Below are positions 27,071 through 38,999 of a stretch of DNA of 64,000 bases, in pieces. How positions within the stretch are numbered: the first letter of the stretch is position 1; every line of letters begins with the position of its first letter. The position numbers and the translations under genes were made by a program. Below the pieces are notes generated by a model. The model was given only the letters and a program-made list of their open reading frames with translations, was not told the origin of the DNA and ran no database searches. The stretch is from Octopus sinensis. Lineage: Eukaryota. Location of the stretch: contig NC_043019.1 of the NCBI RefSeq assembly GCF_006345805.1, positions 6,323,360 through 6,387,359 on the forward strand, given 5' to 3'.

Positions 27071-27283
27071 ACGGATACAAAACTTTTCTGAAATATTGAA
27101 GGAATTCATTTGAATTTTCCCCCTCCATTGCTGCTTCACTTTTTCTTTTTCTTTACTCGGTGTACTGGAAACCAGTTTGAAAATGTAGTTTTAGTGAGTT
27201 TAAATTTCTCCCTTTTACTGTAAATCTAAGCTTATATCTCCGTCGACTACACAGATGTCTACAAGATCTCTACACTGATCTCA

Positions 27284-27700
27284 TAGGCGCAGGAGTGGCT
27301 GTGTGGTAAGTAGCTTGCTAACCAACCACATGGTTCCGGGTTCAGTCCCACTGCGTGGCATCTTGGGCAAGTGTCTTCTGCTATAGCCTCGGGCCGACCA
27401 ATGCCTTGTGAGTGGATTTGGTAGACGGAAACTGAAAGAAGCCTATCGTATATATGTATATATATATGTATATGTATGTGTGTGTGTGTCTGTGTTTGTC
27501 CCCCTAGCATTGCTTGACCAGCGATGCTGGTGTGTGTTTACGTCCCCGTCACTTAGCGGTTCGGCAAAAGAGACTGATAGAATAAGCACTGGGCTTACAA
27601 AGAATAAGTCCCGGGGTTGATTTGCTCGACTAAAGGCGGTGCTCCAGCATGGCCGCAGTCAAATGACTGAAACAAGTAAAAGAGAAAAGAGAAAGAGAAA
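27284..27700 (+). mobile_element. SINE family A, full length
   Basis: A consensus. Confidence 0.92.
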
Positions 27701-27784
27701 GGCAGCAGAGATTGTAATATCAGAAAATGAAAACGCGTAATTTGTGGATTTAAATTTTATCTGGTCTAATAAGTAGGACAGAAA

Positions 27785-28163
27785 GCACTCCGTCGGTTAC
27801 GACGACGAGGGTTCCGGTTGATCCGATCAACGGAACAGCCTGCTCGTGAAATTAACGTGTAAGTGGCTGAGCACTCCACAAACACGTGTACCCTTAACGT
27901 AGTTCTCGGGGATATTCAGCGTGACACAGAGAGTGACAAGGCCGGCCCTTTGAAATACAGGTACAACAGAAACAGGAAGTAAGAATGAGAGAAAGTTGTG
28001 GTGAAAGAGTACAGCAGGGGTCGCCACCATCCCCTGCCGGAGCCTCGTGGAGCTTTAGGTGTTTTCGCTCAATAAACACTCACAACGCCCGGTCTGGGAA
28101 TCGAAACTGCGATCCTACGACTGCAAGTCCGCTGCCCTAACCACTGGGCCATTGCGCCTCCAC
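27785..28163 (-). mobile_element. SINE family C, tail type 2
   Basis: Reverse complement of 19472-19852; TSD ggtctaataag on both sides. Confidence 0.92.
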
Positions 28164-28267
28164 ACGGTCTAATAAGAAGAGACTACAGTGGTACAGAATG
28201 TGTGCAAAGGATGAAATATACCAAATCCTTTACTCCTTAATCCACCAGGAGAAACAAAGCGCTCTCT

Positions 28268-28697
28268 CTTTTACTCTCCTTTACTCGGTTCAGTCATTTG
28301 ACTGCAGCCATGCTGGAGCACCGCCTTTAATCGAACGAATCGACCCCGGGACTTATTCTTTGTAAGCCCAGTACTTATTCTATCGGTCTTTTTGCCGAAC
28401 CGCTAGGTGACGGAGACGTAAACACACCAGCATCGGTTGTCAAGCAATGGTGGGGGGACAAACACAGACACACAAACATACACACCAAAACATTACACAC
28501 ACATAACATACACATATATATATATATATATATACGACAGGCTTCTTTCAGTTTCCGTCTACCAAATCCACTCACAAGGCATTGGTCGACCCGGGGCTAT
28601 AGCAGAAGACACTTGCCCAAGATGCCACGCAGTGGGAATGAACCCGGAACCATGTGGTTGGTAAGCAAGCTACTTACCACACAGCCACTCCTGCGCC
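28268..28697 (-). mobile_element. SINE family A, full length
   Basis: Reverse complement of the A consensus. Confidence 0.9.
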
Positions 28698-28853
28698 ACT
28701 CGGTAGCAAAATTAAAATGCGTTAATTCGAGGGAATAATATTCCTTATTGACATTACCTTAATCCTTTTGCATTTAAACTGGTCATATCCGGCTGAAATA
28801 TGCTTCTTGTTTTAAGTTCAAACTGGCCACGTCTAGCTTGTCATAACTACCCT

Positions 28854-29262
28854 AAGGCGGAGAGCTGGCAGAAACGTTAGCACGCCGGGCGAAATGCGTA
28901 GCCGTACTTCGTCTGCCGTTACGTTCTGAGTTCAAATTCCGCCGAGGTCGACTTTGCCTTTCATCCTTTCGGGATCGATTAAATAAGTACCAGTTACGCA
29001 CTGAGATCGATGTAGTCGACGTAATCTGTTTTTCTATCCTTGTTTGTCCCCTCTGTGTTTAGCCCCTTGTGGATAATAAAGAAATAGGTATTTCGTCTGC
29101 CGTTACGTTCAAATTCCGCCGAGGTCGACTTTGCCTTTCATCCTTTCGGGGTCGATTAAATAAGTACCAGTTACGCACTGAGGTCGATGTAATCGACTTA
29201 ATCCGTTTGTCGATCCTTGTTTGTCCCCTCTATGTTTAGCCCCTTGTGGGTAATAAAGAAAC
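28854..29262 (+). mobile_element. SINE family B dimer (one head, two bodies)
   Basis: Junction aaagaaataggtatttcgtctgccgttacg near 29080-29108. Confidence 0.9.
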
Positions 29263-29505
29263 CAATAACTACCCTAAAGTGTCATCCTAAAAATAGACAC
29301 TAATATCATTCAAGTCTCAGAGGTATGAAACAATACATGACTAATTCAAAACAATGTGAATAAATAAGCTTTGAACTTGGCAGAGTAATTTGAACACTAA
29401 AAAGGTAAACATTTGTCATTGAAGAGGAGGAGTTGTTCAGTGAACAAAGAAAGTAACTTTCATTCTGCGTTGTCTTTCTATAGCATTCTGCCTATTTTTT
29501 TATAT

Positions 29506-29688
29506 ACAGGCGCAGGAGTAGCTGTGTGGTAAGTAGCTTGCTTACCAACCACATGGTTCCGGGTTCAGTCCCACTGCGTGGCACCTTGGGCAAGTGTCTT
29601 CTACTATAGCCTCGGGCCGACCAAAGCCTAGTGAGTGGATTTGGTAGACGGAAACTGAAAGAAGCCTGTCGTATATGTGTGTATATAT

Positions 29689-29740
<52 letters not shown>

Positions 29741-29955
29741 TGTCTGTGTTTGTGTCCCCCTCAACATCGCTTGATAAGCGATGTTAGTGTGTTTCCATCC
29801 CCGTAACTTAGCGGTTCGGCAAAAAGAGACCGATAGAATAAGTACTAGGCTTACAAAGAATAAGTTCTGGGGTCGATGTGCTCGACTAAAAGCGGTGCTC
29901 CAGGATGGTCACAGTCAAATGACTGACACAAGTAAAAGAGTAAAGAGTAAGAGTA
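29506..29955 (+). mobile_element. SINE family A, full length
   Basis: A consensus with long internal (TG)n. Confidence 0.9.
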
Positions 29956-30099
29956 TATAAATACATTTTTCATTTATTAAAACATTTAAATACAATGAAA
30001 TAAGAAAGAAGGGAGGTAAGAAAGGAAAAGAAATCAAAAGGAAAAAGCAGCGGAAGATGGGGGGGAGGAAGGGACGATGGTCCCCACATACCCCAAAAT

Positions 30100-30850
30100 A
30101 ACTGAGGTGCTCAGCTGTGCCCCGCAATAACGACCTCGATGGCTTTGCCGCAGAGACCGATCAGCGGCACTCGTTTCAGCAGCCACTCCACTTCGCGGGG
30201 CTCATTTTTCTCCGACAGGCAGCCGTTATCTCTGTTTTGAGAAAGAAACCGGTAGTGCAGGGGTCATAGAACACCTGACGTCTCAACAGCAACCGACACA
30301 AACTGAGAGCAGACGACCAGGCCCCTGCATTTATTGGTTTTTCTCTCCGCTTTACCGATAGTGACACTCGAATTTGCAGTTGATGCTTTGTTTGTTTGTT
30401 TGTTTGTTTGTTGAGCGAAGCGGTCTTCGTCCGAGTGGGAGAAGTCCGAAACGTAGTCCTTTGCTATTCGTAAGACCCGCAGAAGAGAAAGCAGGTCAAC
30501 CCCCGACACCGAGAGCATCGACGGATGGATGAATGCGCATCCAGGCTGAGCGGTTGCGTAGGAAGTCGGGAACAAGAAACAGGAAGAAAGAGTGAGAGAA
30601 AGTTGGAGCGAAAGAGTACAACAGGGGTCGCCACCGCCCCCTGCCGGAGCCTCGTGGAGCTTTTAGGTGTTTTCGCTCAATAAACACACACAACGTCCGG
30701 TCTGGGAATCGAAACCGCGATGCGCCGACCGCGAGTCCACTGCCCTAACCATTGAGCTATTGCGCCTCCACTTGCAGTTGATGCTGCAAGGTTCGGGCCG
30801 AAGAACGTCTCCCTGCATGTTGCATCCCAGACCAGAGATCTGGTTATGTA
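30100..30850 (-). mobile_element. CRE-like (restriction-like endonuclease) non-LTR retrotransposon C-terminal relic, split by a SINE C
   Basis: RSLVWDATCRETF...AASTA|NSSVTIGKAERKTNKCRGL...FVSVAVETSGVL...EPREVEWLLKRV resembles G..LVWDATC.DT...AE..K..KY..L...F.P.AVET.G. Confidence 0.68.
30388..30771 (-). mobile_element. SINE family C, tail type 3 ending (AAAC)n
   Basis: 14-bp TSD ttgcagttgatgct at 30374-30387 and 30772-30785. Confidence 0.93.
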
Positions 30851-31434
30851 CAAGTTTGAAAGCTTAAATTTAAACAAACAAAAAATCCTCGTTTTTCTGT
30901 TTAAATTTAATCCTCCACGTTGTTCAGAAACAATTAATAAGAATTATAAATTAAATTCCCGAAAGTCTTGCTGTCATTCTCTAAAATAAAATTTGTCAGC
31001 TTAGAGAGTGCCTAAGTCTCTAACTATACAATTTCTAAAATCTTTCGCAATATTTCGAATGGGAAGAATGGGGAAATAAGTTTAAAACATGTAATTACTT
31101 AAATGGTATTTGATATTACAAGAATTATCTTGTCTTTTCTGTCTAAAACAGGTGCTATATTGTCTAATAGACATTAGGAACTTGGCTAATTAAATAAGCC
31201 ATTCATATTTAACATAAAAATAAATGTCTACATAGCGATGCTTTGTCTGCAATATTACACTAATGTAAAATAGATTCCGAAGCAAGGCTGCAAATAGTAA
31301 TCAGAGATGGGGAGGGCGGCTATTACAGGTATTCTGGGAAGCTTAATTGCGATATTGATTAAGAATTATCTCTAAATATGTACAAAGGAATAAAGCGAAA
31401 AGTTTCTCAACTTATCCTTTGTTCCACGGGCAAG

Positions 31435-31478
<44 letters not shown>

Positions 31479-31764
31479 ACCAACTAACTATTTGTTCATA
31501 AAAATACATATATATACATAACTTATATGTATATAAATATCTATACATATTAATATAGATAAGCACATATACATATATAAATATATATATTATATATTAT
31601 ATGTGTGTGTGTATATATATATATATTTCTTCCCTTCCTTCCTGAGCGTCCATCATACTTTATTTGTTCACGTCCTTGCGTTTGTTTTTTCGTTTTGTTT
31701 TCTTGTTTGGATTAACTTTATATATATATATATATATATACATACACATATTCGTTTACACATA

Positions 31765-31835
31765 ACACTTAGATATGTTTCGACCAAAGATTGGTCCAGG
31801 CCATTTCTAACTTAATAGCGCCACCTGATAGGATT
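31765..31835 (-). mobile_element. ~70-nt 3' terminus of the CR1-type LINE
   Basis: Reverse complement of aatcctatcaggtggtgctattaagttagacatggcctggaccaatc..tggtcgaaacatatctaag (58650-58720). Confidence 0.88.
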
Positions 31836-32140
31836 CTTTTACTCTTTTACTTGTTTCAGTCATTTGACTGCGGCCATGCTGGAGCACTGCCTTTATAGTC
31901 GAGCAAATTGACCTCAGAGCTGGCAGAGACGTTAGCACGCCGGGCGAAATGCGTAGCCGTATTTCGTCTGCCGCTACGTTCTGAGTTCAAATTCCGCCGA
32001 GGTCGACTTTGCCTTTCATCCCTTCGGGATCGATTAAATAAGTACCAGTTACGCACTGGGGTCGATATAATCGACTTAATCCGTTTGTCTGTCCTTGTTT
32101 GTCACCTCTATGTTTAGCCCCTTGTGGGTAGTAAAGAAAT
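31836..32140. mobile_element. SINE A 3' end (minus) abutting SINE B (plus)
   Basis: A tail 31836-31915, B from gagctggcagagacg at ~31918. Confidence 0.85.
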
Positions 32141-32934
32141 TGCTATTTCCTCTATCTTTATATGCTGAGTTCAAATTTCGCCAAAGTCCACTTCGGGGTC
32201 GATAAAATAAGAACTAGTTGATTCTTGGGGGTCGATGTAAGCGACTTACCCCTACTCTGAAATAGCTGGCCTTATACCAAAATTTGAAACCAATATGATA
32301 AGATCACATAAGGCGGGCTCCTGACAAAATATTTTTGTAGAAAAGGCTTAAAAAGAATTATTGCAGTTATGTCGATGTCAGCCTCTTTCATCCATGAAAC
32401 GGCAGAAACTTCCATATCACGAGTTGTGAGTTGAAGTTAATTGCAAAAAGAAATGAAACCGCAATCTACCGAAATTAAAGAAAATTTCAATTTTCATTGT
32501 GGTTATCGAACTATAATCACAGCAAATATATTTTTGTAATTGAGTTTGAAAAACATATTTCATGGTGTAATTTACTTAGTAGTGTCTCAATAGAAAGAAA
32601 TATTGCCGGAGAATATGGTGTGTAATACTACGAAATATCGCGACTCCTACATTAAACAGTATACACACAATACATACACACGTACATATCTATGCACATA
32701 CAAACATACATATATACATGCACACGCGCGCAAACATGCACGCACATACACACATGTAAGATATATTTACGTATGATATATATGTGCATGTATGTATATA
32801 TATATATGTATATATATATATATGTATATATGTGTATATATATATATATGTATGTATATATATATATGTATATATATATATGTGTATATATGTATATATA
32901 TATATATGTATATGTATATATAATATATATATAT

Positions 32935-32992
<58 letters not shown>

Positions 32993-33892
32993 GTACAATA
33001 TATAAATGAGCATGCGCATTTAAGCAATTGTGTCTAAGCACATTTGAAAGTTGTCAGAAAATCATTGAAAATGAAATTAGTTAATTTGTTTGAGTTTAGA
33101 ACGAAGGAAACGTTTTCTCTTCAATGACGCAACAAAATTCTTTCATTTCTGATGCAAAGAATGTATTTTCAACAGTTCGACAACAACAACAAAAAAATGC
33201 CAAAATTTCATCATTTCTCTTCGTCAAATGACATGCAATTCCCAAAATGCATGTTGCTTCCTTATTCTTTCTTTCTTCTCATTTTTTTCGTATCTGATGT
33301 CGCTAAATAACCGATTGACTTATAAGATATGCCTAAGTAACCACAAGTAATGACTGACTGACTTTGATTGAAGCACGTAAAAATGCAACCAAAATACAAA
33401 TAATTTAACCCAAAAATCTTTTATCAGCCTCATCAACCGCTAAACACACAAGCATTCCAGAGCAAGAAAGAATTACACAATAACACAATGATTTCATTTA
33501 ATATACACCATTTGCTATTAAATGATCAAAACGAAATCGTTGTTACATCATTCTCCTTGCTAATGTTGACTAATTAAATAAACCTCACTGATTTATTAAT
33601 ATTATCTTTCGTTTTATTCCAAGTGACTTCTAGTGACCCTCTTTCAATTAACGGAAAGGATACGACACAGAGTGACATCAAAACACTGAAATTTTATTTG
33701 CTTCTTAAATATCTTTTGATTTTTCGAAATGTTTATTCAAATGACTGAAATACGTATAACCGAGGAAATTTTCAAAATACTTCTTCATAAAAAGATTTTG
33801 AAGAGAAACCATTAAATATAAATTATTGGGGATCAACGCCAAATGACCTAATTTGCAAAGCTTTGACAATCCTTATTAGATATTTTCTAATT

Positions 33893-34280
33893 CAGCTTGC
33901 TAACCAACCACATGGTTCCGGGTTCAGTCCCACTGCGTGGCACCTTGGGCAAGTGTCTTCTGCTATAGCCCCGGGCCGACCAATGCCTTGTGAGTGGATT
34001 TGGTAGACGGAAACTGAAAGAAGCCTGTCGTATATATGTATATATATATATGTGTGTTATGTGTTTGTGTGTCTGTGTTTGTCCCCCTAGCATTGCTTGA
34101 CAACCGATGCTGGTGTGTTTACGTCCCCGTCACTTAGCGGTTCGGCAAAAGAGACCGATAGAATAAGTACTGGGCTTACAAAGAATAAGTCCCGGAATTG
34201 ATTTGCTCGACTAAAGGTGGTACTCCAGCATGGCCGCAGTCAAATGACTGAAAGTAAAAGAGTAAAAGAGTAAAGAGTAA
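33893..34280 (+). mobile_element. SINE family A, 5' truncated
   Basis: A consensus from agcttgctaaccaacc. Confidence 0.9.
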
Positions 34281-34299
34281 TTGAAGTACTAAGGTAAGT

Positions 34300-35800
34300 T
34301 ATTTTTTACTGACCATGTTTGTTAATTGGTGTAGAAAATACCGCTTGGAATGAAAAAGGTAACGATGATTGAAATAATCTACAAATGGCCATAGAAAAAC
34401 ATGAATGTTCTCAAAGACATAAAATCGTTATTGGTTTTAAAGCAAGTGGAAATATTTGCAGAGACCTAAAGTTAAATGTGCAAAAAAGACAGAACATATA
34501 GGAGCATAATAAAATTAAATGGAACAGAATTATATTTACGACGATTGACCGATGCAGATATTTTTTAAGTCGCCAGAAACTATCGATATGTGACCATTTT
34601 GAATCTGGAATATCCAATGATCGCAAGAAAGTATGATGAGAAATTAGCAAAGTATCTAGATGCATTTTGTTTTCTTCTGGTCTCTCTTCAAAATTATTTA
34701 ATCGATGAGATTCAAAAAGTCATGTTGAACGAAACGGAAAATGAACTTAAGATGGCTACATTTGTTGCAATTCTTTTTAATGAAATATTTGATGAATCGA
34801 ACTATTCACAGTTGTCAACTTGTTTTGCGTTATATTGCAAAAGATTGTGTTACTAAAACATGATTTAATAAGTTCAATGATATTATTGCAGACCGTTCAG
34901 CAAATGCTTTCTCCGAACAGTTTTTAAATGCATTGAAACATGGAAGCATGAAAATAAATTACCCAAACCTACGATGATACCGCGCTACAATGGCAGACAG
35001 TTAAATGGAATGCAATGAATGGGAAAGGAGAAGTATGAATCCGTAACCTTCGTTCATTGTCTTGCTCACATATTAAATTTAGCTCTTTCACAAGCATGCT
35101 TTCCTATAAAAAAAATGAAAGATATATTTTCTACACTATATAGTACTCATTTTACTAATTTTTGTTTTACGTCAAACAGCTAATGCGTTAGATACTGCTA
35201 AAAAAGATTTCCCAAAGCACTAAAGACAAGATGGAATTACTCTTCCTGTCTCAATAAAACCACGAAAGAAAACTACCATTTTCCTAATCTTCCTTGTTGA
35301 ATGCATTATTAATAATTCTGAAGCATAAGGATAAGATTACTTTAAATTCAGCAATTGGATTCTTACACAATTAAAAATATCCGATATTTTATTTCTATTA
35401 AAAGTATTTAGCGATATATTTTCCTTTTGCTTGTATCTTATTTAACAGCTATCAGACTAAAAGACTTGGTTTGTGTATTCAAAGAGCAACTTCATAAAAC
35501 TAGATCCGTGCTTAGAAATAAACTGAACGACTTAACGATTCGATGATTTATAGAGTGCTGGAGTAAAGCTATAATATAGATCAGCAATCCCAATGAAAAG
35601 TTTCCGGATAAATTTATTGATCAGAAGTTTCGTACAGAATTCTCTACACTAAAACTGTTGGGGCAATATTTGACCAATTAAAATCAAGGCTCCCATTTGC
35701 AATATTCTTAATTATACTTTTTAAAGAATTTAAAGCATCCTCTGGAAATATTTTGCAACATTCTTCGGCAAATCTGAAGAATATTGCGCAACATTTCTGG
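34300..35800 (+). mobile_element. hAT transposase relic (ZMYM1/DUF4371-like)
   Basis: IEKHECSQRH; KYDEKLAKYL; LQNYLIDEIQKVM...ATFVAIL.NEIFDESNYSQLS; QTYD; TFVHCLAHILNLALSQAC; many stops and frameshifts. Confidence 0.8.
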
Positions 35801-35863
35801 TGGATGCTTTAAATTCTTTGAAAATTGCTTTTAGCAGATTTTTTTTTAATAATTCATTTGTAG

Positions 35864-36180
35864 GAAGGCGCAATGGCCCAGTGGTTAGGGCAGTGGACTC
35901 GCGGTCGGAGGATCACGGTTTCGATTCCCAGACCGGGCGTTGTGTGTGTTTATTGAGCGAAAACACATAAAAGCTCCACAAGGCTCCGGCAGGGCTGGTG
36001 GCGACCCCTGTTGTACTCTTTCGCCCAACTTTCCCACATTCTCTCTCTCTTCCTGTTTCTTGAGTAACGCTACGATGGACTGGCGTCCCGAACAACTGGG
36101 GGGAAGACATACGCCACAGAAACCGGGAAACCGGCCCATGAGCCTGGTTAGGCTTGAAAAGGGCGGATAAATAAAAAACA
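35864..36180 (+). mobile_element. SINE family C, tail type 1
   Basis: gaaggcgcaatggcccagtggttagggc...gaaaccgggaaaccggcccatgagcc. Confidence 0.92.
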
Positions 36181-36296
36181 AATTTCATTTGTTGAGTGAA
36201 ATAAATGTTTTATATTCAGTGAAAGATTCTTCAATTCTTAATTTAAAGCATTACATTTATATCGATGGTCTTATATGTATTTGAATGTATAGATAT

Positions 36297-36504
36297 ATTA
36301 CTCTTTTACTCTTTTACTTGTTTCAGTCAGTTGACTGCGGCCATGCTGGAGCACCGCCTTTAGTCGAGCGAATCGACCCCGGGACTTATTCTTTTGTAAG
36401 CCCAGTACTTATTCTATCAGTCTCTTTTGCCGAACCGCTAAGTGACGGGGACGTAAACACACCAGCATCGGTTGTCAAGCAATGCTAAGGGGACAAACAC
36501 ACAA

Positions 36505-36535
<31 letters not shown>

Positions 36536-36545
36536 AACATACATA
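36297..36545 (-). mobile_element. SINE family A, 3' half
   Basis: Reverse complement of the A 3' half. Confidence 0.88.
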
Positions 36546-36582
36546 CTTACATACATGTGTACACATACATACATACATACAT

Positions 36583-36583
36583 A

Positions 36584-36621
<38 letters not shown>

Positions 36622-36636
36622 CGATTGTGATGATTG

Positions 36637-36689
<53 letters not shown>

Positions 36690-36900
36690 GTGATTATGAT
36701 GATGGTGATGATGATTACTGTCTCCTTGTGCTTCCTCGTTGTCCATGCCACTTCTGACTCTCCCTGCATGACTTCAGATGACTGAACGGGTCGCTGCCGA
36801 CTCGCATATTTTTGGAGCATACACGTCAGAACACTTCAGTCTTTGTAATGTGATTTTGACAGATCCTTCTGCAGTGCCGTCCATTTCTGTATTGAAGATA
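36583..36900 (-). mobile_element. Probable R4/Dong-like 3' end with long (ATC)n tail
   Basis: Minus strand ...caacgaggaagcacaaggagacagta(atc)n; the same 25-mer ends the R4-like relic at 40232. Confidence 0.55.
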
Positions 36901-37039
36901 TACTAAAGAAATACAACAGGAAAGAAAACACTTCCAAAGTTGGTTCTCATGTCTATTGAAAATGATTTGTTCCAACTAATTAAAACAGACAATGCCCATG
37001 AAAATGTAGTAATTATATTTTCCGTGAAATATAGCTTTT

Positions 37040-37286
37040 TTAAATTTTAGCATAGATTGGCATATTTCGGTCATATTATGCGGAGAAAATCCCTGGAGAA
37101 GGACATCATACTCGGAATGGTCAGTGACAAGAGAGGAAGAGGCCGACCAAGAACCCGCTGGCTTGAAACCATCAAGAGTGATACCGGAATGGACATAGCC
37201 AATCTGAAAGAAGCGGCCCAGGATAGAACTGACTGGAGGACACTGATCTATCGAGTAACCGGGAGTCGACTTCGACTGAGCGGTTA
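37040..37286 (+). mobile_element. RTE/BovB-type LINE 3' end, followed by (TAGA)n
   Basis: LAYFGHIMRRKSLEKDIILGMVSDKRGRGRPRTRWLETIKSDTGM...AAQDRTDWRTLIYRVTGSRLRL. Confidence 0.9.
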
Positions 37287-37793
37287 GATAGATAGATAGA
37301 TAGAGAGATAGATAGAAATTTTAGCTGTATTGTTTTGTTTTGATTCTTTTAAATATTTTAGATGCTTTAAACAGTGATCCCTACGGTCGAGTCACGAAAG
37401 GCAATGGTTTCATTTAATAACCATCTGTATAACATACAAGATGCATAATAAGCACCATAGAAAGGCTGGTTGCAATGGTTCTTGAATGAGAAAATATCAC
37501 TTCATAGGCACGTCTTAAAAACACAATATATATGGAAGCGAAATATATTTGTTCGGCTAAAACCCTTCAAGGCGGTGTACAATAATAGCTGAAGTCCAAT
37601 GAATGAAACAAGTGATAAAGGAAGGTATATAGCTTTATCTATATAACATATGTAACGTATGTGTGTCGTTGAAAAGCCAGAAAATGCAGGTTTTCGTCAG
37701 GAAAAAATCATATTACATACGTATATTGTGTTAAAAACACAATATACTTCAGGGCTAGGCGAAAAGAAAATCGCCTCATAACCGACTGCGAGA

Positions 37794-37838
37794 GTGACAG
37801 ATACGTATTTCGCTGTTGTTGCAGCTTGTCAATGTTAC
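37794..37838 (-). ncRNA. Compact type I hammerhead with U3/A8 core variant
   Basis: guaaca-UUGACAA-gcug caacaa cagc-GAAA-uacgua-UC-ugucac. Confidence 0.6.
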
Positions 37839-37884
37839 GTGTTTGTGTCACCGTTTATGAAATGTGATCGAATCGGCCAATCAG

Positions 37885-37916
<32 letters not shown>

Positions 37917-37921
<5 letters not shown>

Positions 37922-38361
37922 CAACAATATTAAGGAATGGCCCTGATAGACCATTCGACTCACTAGAAAGAGCAGCCAAACTCAAACCGCTAAATAGTTG
38001 TAATTCTGAAACCAAAGGAGAAATAAAAACATTTACCCTTATCATCTTTGGACTATGCATAGCTTCGACACTTTTGTAAACCAATTCAATTAAATTAAAT
38101 TAAATTTGTTTACATCTGGCCTGTCTCGTCAGCAAAGAAACCAAGGAAAATATATATCCACGAGGCGACACCAGCGACGCCTCGAGTCTATATACTCTAA
38201 ATTTTCAAAATCCACCGTCACCGCGCTATTTTCTCAGCAGCAAATATAAACTGCTGATATAATTTCAAAATTAGCTAAAAAATAATTAATTAATCAATAT
38301 AAGGGTAGCAAAAAATAGCTCGAATGGCCTATCAGGGCCATTCCTTAATATTGTTGAAATT
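37917..38361. mobile_element. Element bounded by 42-bp inverted repeats, in (TA)n
   Basis: aatttcaacaatattaaggaatggccctgatagaccattcga versus tcgaatggcctatcagggccattccttaatattgttgaaatt (one mismatch); a second overlapping IR at 38291-38315 / 38431-38455. Confidence 0.85.
38045..38138 (-). ncRNA. Type I hammerhead with 10-nt palindromic stem III and GAAG variant
   Basis: ucuuug-CUGACGA-gaca..guaaac..guuuac..uguc-GAAG-cuaugcauag-UC-caaaga. Confidence 0.7.
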
Positions 38362-38453
38362 ATATATATATAGTCTATGACTATTTTTTCTTTCTCACTA
38401 GACCGCTGGTGGCGATAAATTTTTCTTGAATTTTTTGCTACCCTTATATTGAT

Positions 38454-38548
<95 letters not shown>

Positions 38549-38777
38549 ATATGCAATAGCTTGCAATTGTGGTCCATAAGTACAATGAAATTGGAATTAT
38601 ACTGTAGAAACAGTTCCAGAGTAAAATCTTTATCAATGTATCATAGTTCGAATGTGTGTGCCAATGACAATCAGAAGTTCTGGGGAAATCCCTTTACAGA
38701 TGCATTGCTTAAAAAATAAAACACATTATATTTTAGATCTAGGCGAAATGAAATCGCTCCAAAATCCACTGCGAGAC

Positions 38778-38820
38778 CAGCCAATATGTATATCGCCGTT
38801 GTTGCATCTCGTCAATGTCA
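38778..38820 (-). ncRNA. Degenerate second copy of the 37794 hammerhead family
   Basis: ugaca-UUGACGA-gaugcaacaacggc-GAUA-uacaua-UU; flanks ctaggcgaaa.gaaatcgc shared with 37755-37775. Confidence 0.4.
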
Positions 38821-38999
38821 AGAACTCGTATCTCTTCCGAAAAGAGATCGAATCAGCCAATCTGAAGTACAGGGACGACAATATGGTTTGCAATGGTGCC
38901 GCAGAATAAAATTCGAATTACACCATTGAAACATCAATAAAATAAAATAAAATCTTCATCTACATAACATACTCAATATCTGTGCCTTTCTGTAGAATA

